NCBI GenBank assembly: GCA_004431415.1
Contig: QPMI01000220.1
Location: forward strand, 124,001-188,000
Reading direction: 5' to 3'
Source of the DNA: Cyanophora paradoxa CCMP329
Taxonomy: Eukaryota > Plantae > Glaucophyta
DNA length: 64,000 nt
Positions 61,601-64,000 of the stretch are shown in pieces. The notes beneath the pieces were generated by a model, which ran no database searches, was not told the origin of the DNA, and saw only the letters and a program-made list of their open reading frames with translations. Numbering within the stretch: the first letter of the stretch is position 1; each line of letters begins with the position of its first letter. The translations under genes were made by a program, and so were the position numbers.

Positions 61601-64000
61601 GCGCGCACCGGAAGACGAAGAGGGCCTCGCAGAGGAGGGTGAGGCAGGAGAAGAGGCAGATGGCGAGCAGGATGTACTTCGCCTTCTCGATCGTATTCAT
61701 CACCTGCGCCGGCACGACCCGTCAGCCCCGCGGGGCGCCTCCGAGGCCCCCCCGCCCCCTCCCCCTCCCGTGCGCACGTCGTCCTCGTAGACGCCGGCGC
61801 CGACGTTGAGGGCGTCGAGGATGCCGAAGAGGGCGTTCTGGAAGACGTACTTGACCTCCCGGATCTTCGCGATGTCTGCCCGCAGCCGGCCCCGCACGGG
61901 GCGCCCGTCAGCGCCGAGGCCGCCCGCCCGCCGCGCCGGGGCGCACCGCGGAAGTGCTCGGGGTTCATGAGGGAGATGCGGCGGCACATGATCATGCTGG
62001 GGCGCCCCGGCGTCAGGGCGGGCGCTGGGCGGGGCGCCGGCGGGGCGGGCGGCGGGGGCGGACATGGTGTTGCCGGCGTCCCAGATGGTCTGCTTCTCCT
62101 TGATCTCGTAGACGGGGGGCCCCGGGTAGTGGAGCACGACCGCCGTCTCCTTGTCCTTCCAGTACTTCACGATCTCGGGGTTCGTGCTCGGCGGCATCCC
62201 CGCCGCCACCCCCGCTGCGCGCGCGCGCCCGCCGGCTCAGGGGGGCGGGGCGCGCGCGGGGCGGGGCGGGCGGGCGGGCGCACAGTCGTAGCCGAAGTAG
62301 AGGCCGCGGTGGTCGTAGGAAAAGTCCTTGGAGCGGATGCCCACCTCGCTCGCCCAGTGCTTGAAGAGCGCCGAGTCTGCCCGCCCCGCCGCCGTCGGCG
62401 GGGCGGGGCGGGGCGGGGCGAGGCGGGGCCGCACTGTTGGTGATGGCGCCGAGGTGCATCCAGCGGATCATGTTGTTCACGGCCACGACGCGGCGGCGCT
62501 GGAAGGAGATGAAGCGCAGGCGGTTGTTGTTCTGCGAGTACTCCACGAAGAGCAGCTGCCGGCGGCGTCAGGCGGCCGGGGCGGGCGGGGCGGCGCGCGG
62601 CGGACGGGCGGGGCGGACCTTGACGGCGATGAACATGGCGCAGGCGAGACCGCCCAGCAGCAGAAGACCGACGATAACGCCCCTGCGCGCAGAGGCCGCC
62701 GCCGTCAGCGTCGGCCGCCCCGCGCGCCAGCGGGCGGGAGGCGGCCGGTGGCGGGGGGCACCAGAAGAGGCGCTTGACGGCCTTGGTCTCGTTGGAGCGG
62801 AGCTTGAGCTCCTTGTTGGCGGCGCGCTTCTTGGCGGCGGCCGAGGAGGAGGCCCCCGACGAGGCCGACTGCGACTCCGAGGCCGACTGCATGCCCCCGC
62901 CGGCCGACTGGCTCTGCGACTGGCTCTGCGACTGCGACGCCGAGAGCGAGGCCGTCTTCGACTCGGACTCCTCGACCTCGTCGGCCTTCATGTAGTAGAG
63001 CTGTGCCCGCGCCTTGTCGTTCTGCGCGCCGCCGCCGTGAGCCCCGGCGCGGCCGCGGGGGTGCAGGGGCGGCCGGCACCAGGCAGTGCTCGAGAAAGGA
63101 GGCGTAGGAGCGGAGGAGGATCTTCGAGCTGCCGTAGCCTGCGCGCCCGGGCGGTCGGCGGGGCGGTCGGCGGGGGCCGGCGGGGGCCGGCGGGGCCGGG
63201 CCATGCCAGGGGCGGGGGCGCACGCTTGATGAGGACGACGTAGGCGTTCTCGGCGGTCAGCGCCACGTGGTGGATGTCCGCCAGCCTGCCCCGCCGAGTG
63301 AGCGGGGTCTGGGCGGAAAGGATAGGGCGGGGCGGGGCGGCGCACCGGCGGGGGACGTCGTCGAGGGCGCCCACGACGTGCAGGTTCTTCTTCGTGAGCT
63401 GCATCCAGAACTGCCGCGTCAGCTTCAGCGTCTTCGTGTCTGCGCGCCCGGGGGCGTCAGGGCGGCCACATGTACAGACGGTCCGAGCGACGTCGACGGG
63501 AGGGGCGCGGGGCGGGGCGCACGGCTCTGGCGGGCGCTCTCGTACTGCTTCTTGGCGTCGGCGGAGCTGAAGAGGTCTGCGGAGGCGACCTGCCCCGTCT
63601 GGCTGTTGTACAGCTGCGCCTGCCGCTCCCAGCTGCCGCCCGCCGGTCAGAGGCGGCTCCTTCGGGCGCGCCCCCGCCCCCGCCAGCGGGCGGGCGCACA
63701 AGAGCTTGGTGGCGTGCAGCTCGTAGCGGTAGTCGATGGTCGGCTCCTTTCGCCACCTGCGGCGGGGCCGGGCCTCAGCGTGAGGGAGCGGGGGCGGGGA
63801 GCGGGGAGCGGGGCGCACCCGATGCGGATCTCGGCGTAGGCGGCGTTCTGGTTGTTCACGAACGCCTTCAGCAGGTTCGCCAGCTGCGCATGCGGCCCGC
63901 CGGGCCCGTCAGACACGCAGCTGCAGGGGCCGCGCCCGGAGCTCGAGGCGGCGCGCGCGCCTGGAGCTGGAGGTAGACGGTGGTGGGGAACTCGGTGATC
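58622..64000 (-). CDS. TmcB/TmcC-like multi-pass membrane protein, 3' portion; 5' end lies outside the window
   Basis: TmcB-type TPR-like block (FWMQL..AENAYVVLIKRYGSSKILLRSYASFLEHCLND..AQLYY.KADEVE) and a Ser-rich linker. Two TM-helical-TM modules follow, each ending in an IL..(I/V)P coiled-coil motif and separated by a long charged loop. Stop at 58622. Confidence 0.75.

Noticed and set aside
59968-61995. Long antisense and alternative-frame ORFs (and similar ones throughout the window)
   Set aside because: Expected by-product of very high GC3 and stop-poor opposite strands; the translations are low-complexity Arg/Gly/Pro/Ala.

Overview
Eukaryotic nuclear DNA, very GC-rich and intron-dense (most introns about 60-110 nt, CTGAC/CTCAC-type branch points, frequent GC donors). 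Ciliary genes, Phe-containing N-terminal transit-peptide-like leaders and a cyanobacterial-type ferredoxin point to a flagellated primary alga. It looks glaucophyte-like, but that is inference and cannot be confirmed from this window. The supplied six-frame ORFs are mostly shadows of spliced genes. Genes, left to right: 3' end of a TPR gene built from one-repeat-per-exon cassettes; a ~16-kb HYDIN-like ASH/Ig-repeat gene; a thioredoxin-like [2Fe-2S] ferredoxin; a putatively myristoylated FixL-type PAS protein; an mTERF-like protein; a GPR107/TMEM87-type 7TM protein; and a decayed RING gene. A ~16-kb gene-free island of nested mobile DNA follows (about 30.7-46.5 kb). It holds two near-identical 5'-truncated non-LTR retroelement copies, a 6-kb foldback element with 2.2-2.3-kb arms, MITEs, a 3.6-kb hAT-like element and a 1.33-kb tandem duplication. 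After the island come a hypothetical gene, CFAP92-like and GPAT9 head-to-head, and the 3' part of a TmcB-like membrane protein. No CRISPR array, rRNA or tRNA was found. The most notable candidates are the phase-0 TPR exon-cassette array with hypervariable binding-face residues, the satellite-laden foldback element, a retroelement tail with doubled YxLR(PR) motifs, and output-less sensor proteins (a stand-alone heme-PAS and a TmcB-like receptor with a NarX-like P-box). All family assignments come from motif recognition by eye, not database searches.
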